From Raillietiella orientalis (taxonomy: Eukaryota), in NCBI GenBank assembly GCA_036172245.1, contig JAYWIR010000038.1, positions 1,550,001-1,614,000 of the forward strand: a stretch of 64,000 nt of DNA. The letters are read 5' to 3'. Below are positions 63,881 through 64,000 of this stretch, piece after piece; the stretch's first letter is position 1; every line of letters begins with the position of its first letter. A model generated the notes under the pieces. It did no database searches and was not told the origin of the DNA. It worked only from the letters and a program-made list of their open reading frames with translations. The position numbers were made by a program, and so were the translations under genes.

Positions 63881-64000
63881 CACTTCCGTATAGCTGTTCG
63901 TTTGATGATCCTTGGGTAAGCGGGAGAATGCTTTGCTTCTGCGTATTCCATATTATTTTATCATTTCCATATTATTTAATCTTGACCCATGACGGTAGTG

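Noticed and set aside
1..64000. CRISPR arrays, operons, rRNA
   Set aside because: No regularly spaced repeats, prokaryotic gene density or rRNA similarity. Spliceosomal introns and U2 fragments indicate eukaryotic DNA.

Overview
Eukaryotic, almost certainly arthropod, genomic DNA. I can support only two host genes. Both are 3-exon secreted cuticular proteins with an RR-1-type Rebers-Riddiford chitin-binding domain, on the + strand (CDS 20791-22174 and 49789-52262). Nearly everything else appears to be a dense, nested graveyard of degenerate restriction-like-endonuclease (RLE) non-LTR retrotransposons. The best-preserved copy (62420-63880, -) carries NeSL/Utopia-type motifs. Probable hAT and pogo/Tigger relics are also present. 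Most long ORFs in the track are shadow frames of these GC-rich relics. Three features stand out. (1) A ~1.4 kb, near-identical, very GC-rich inverted repeat encloses the entire second cuticle gene. Its arms sit inside two otherwise highly diverged, oppositely oriented retroelement relics, which suggests arm-to-arm GC-biased gene conversion. (2) Two 40-41 nt 5' fragments of U2 snRNA stop at the same U2 position, consistent with Utopia biology. (3) One of these U2 fragments abuts a duplicated cuticle-protein 3' end. Relic boundaries are approximate and come from manual translation and motif recognition; no database searches were run.
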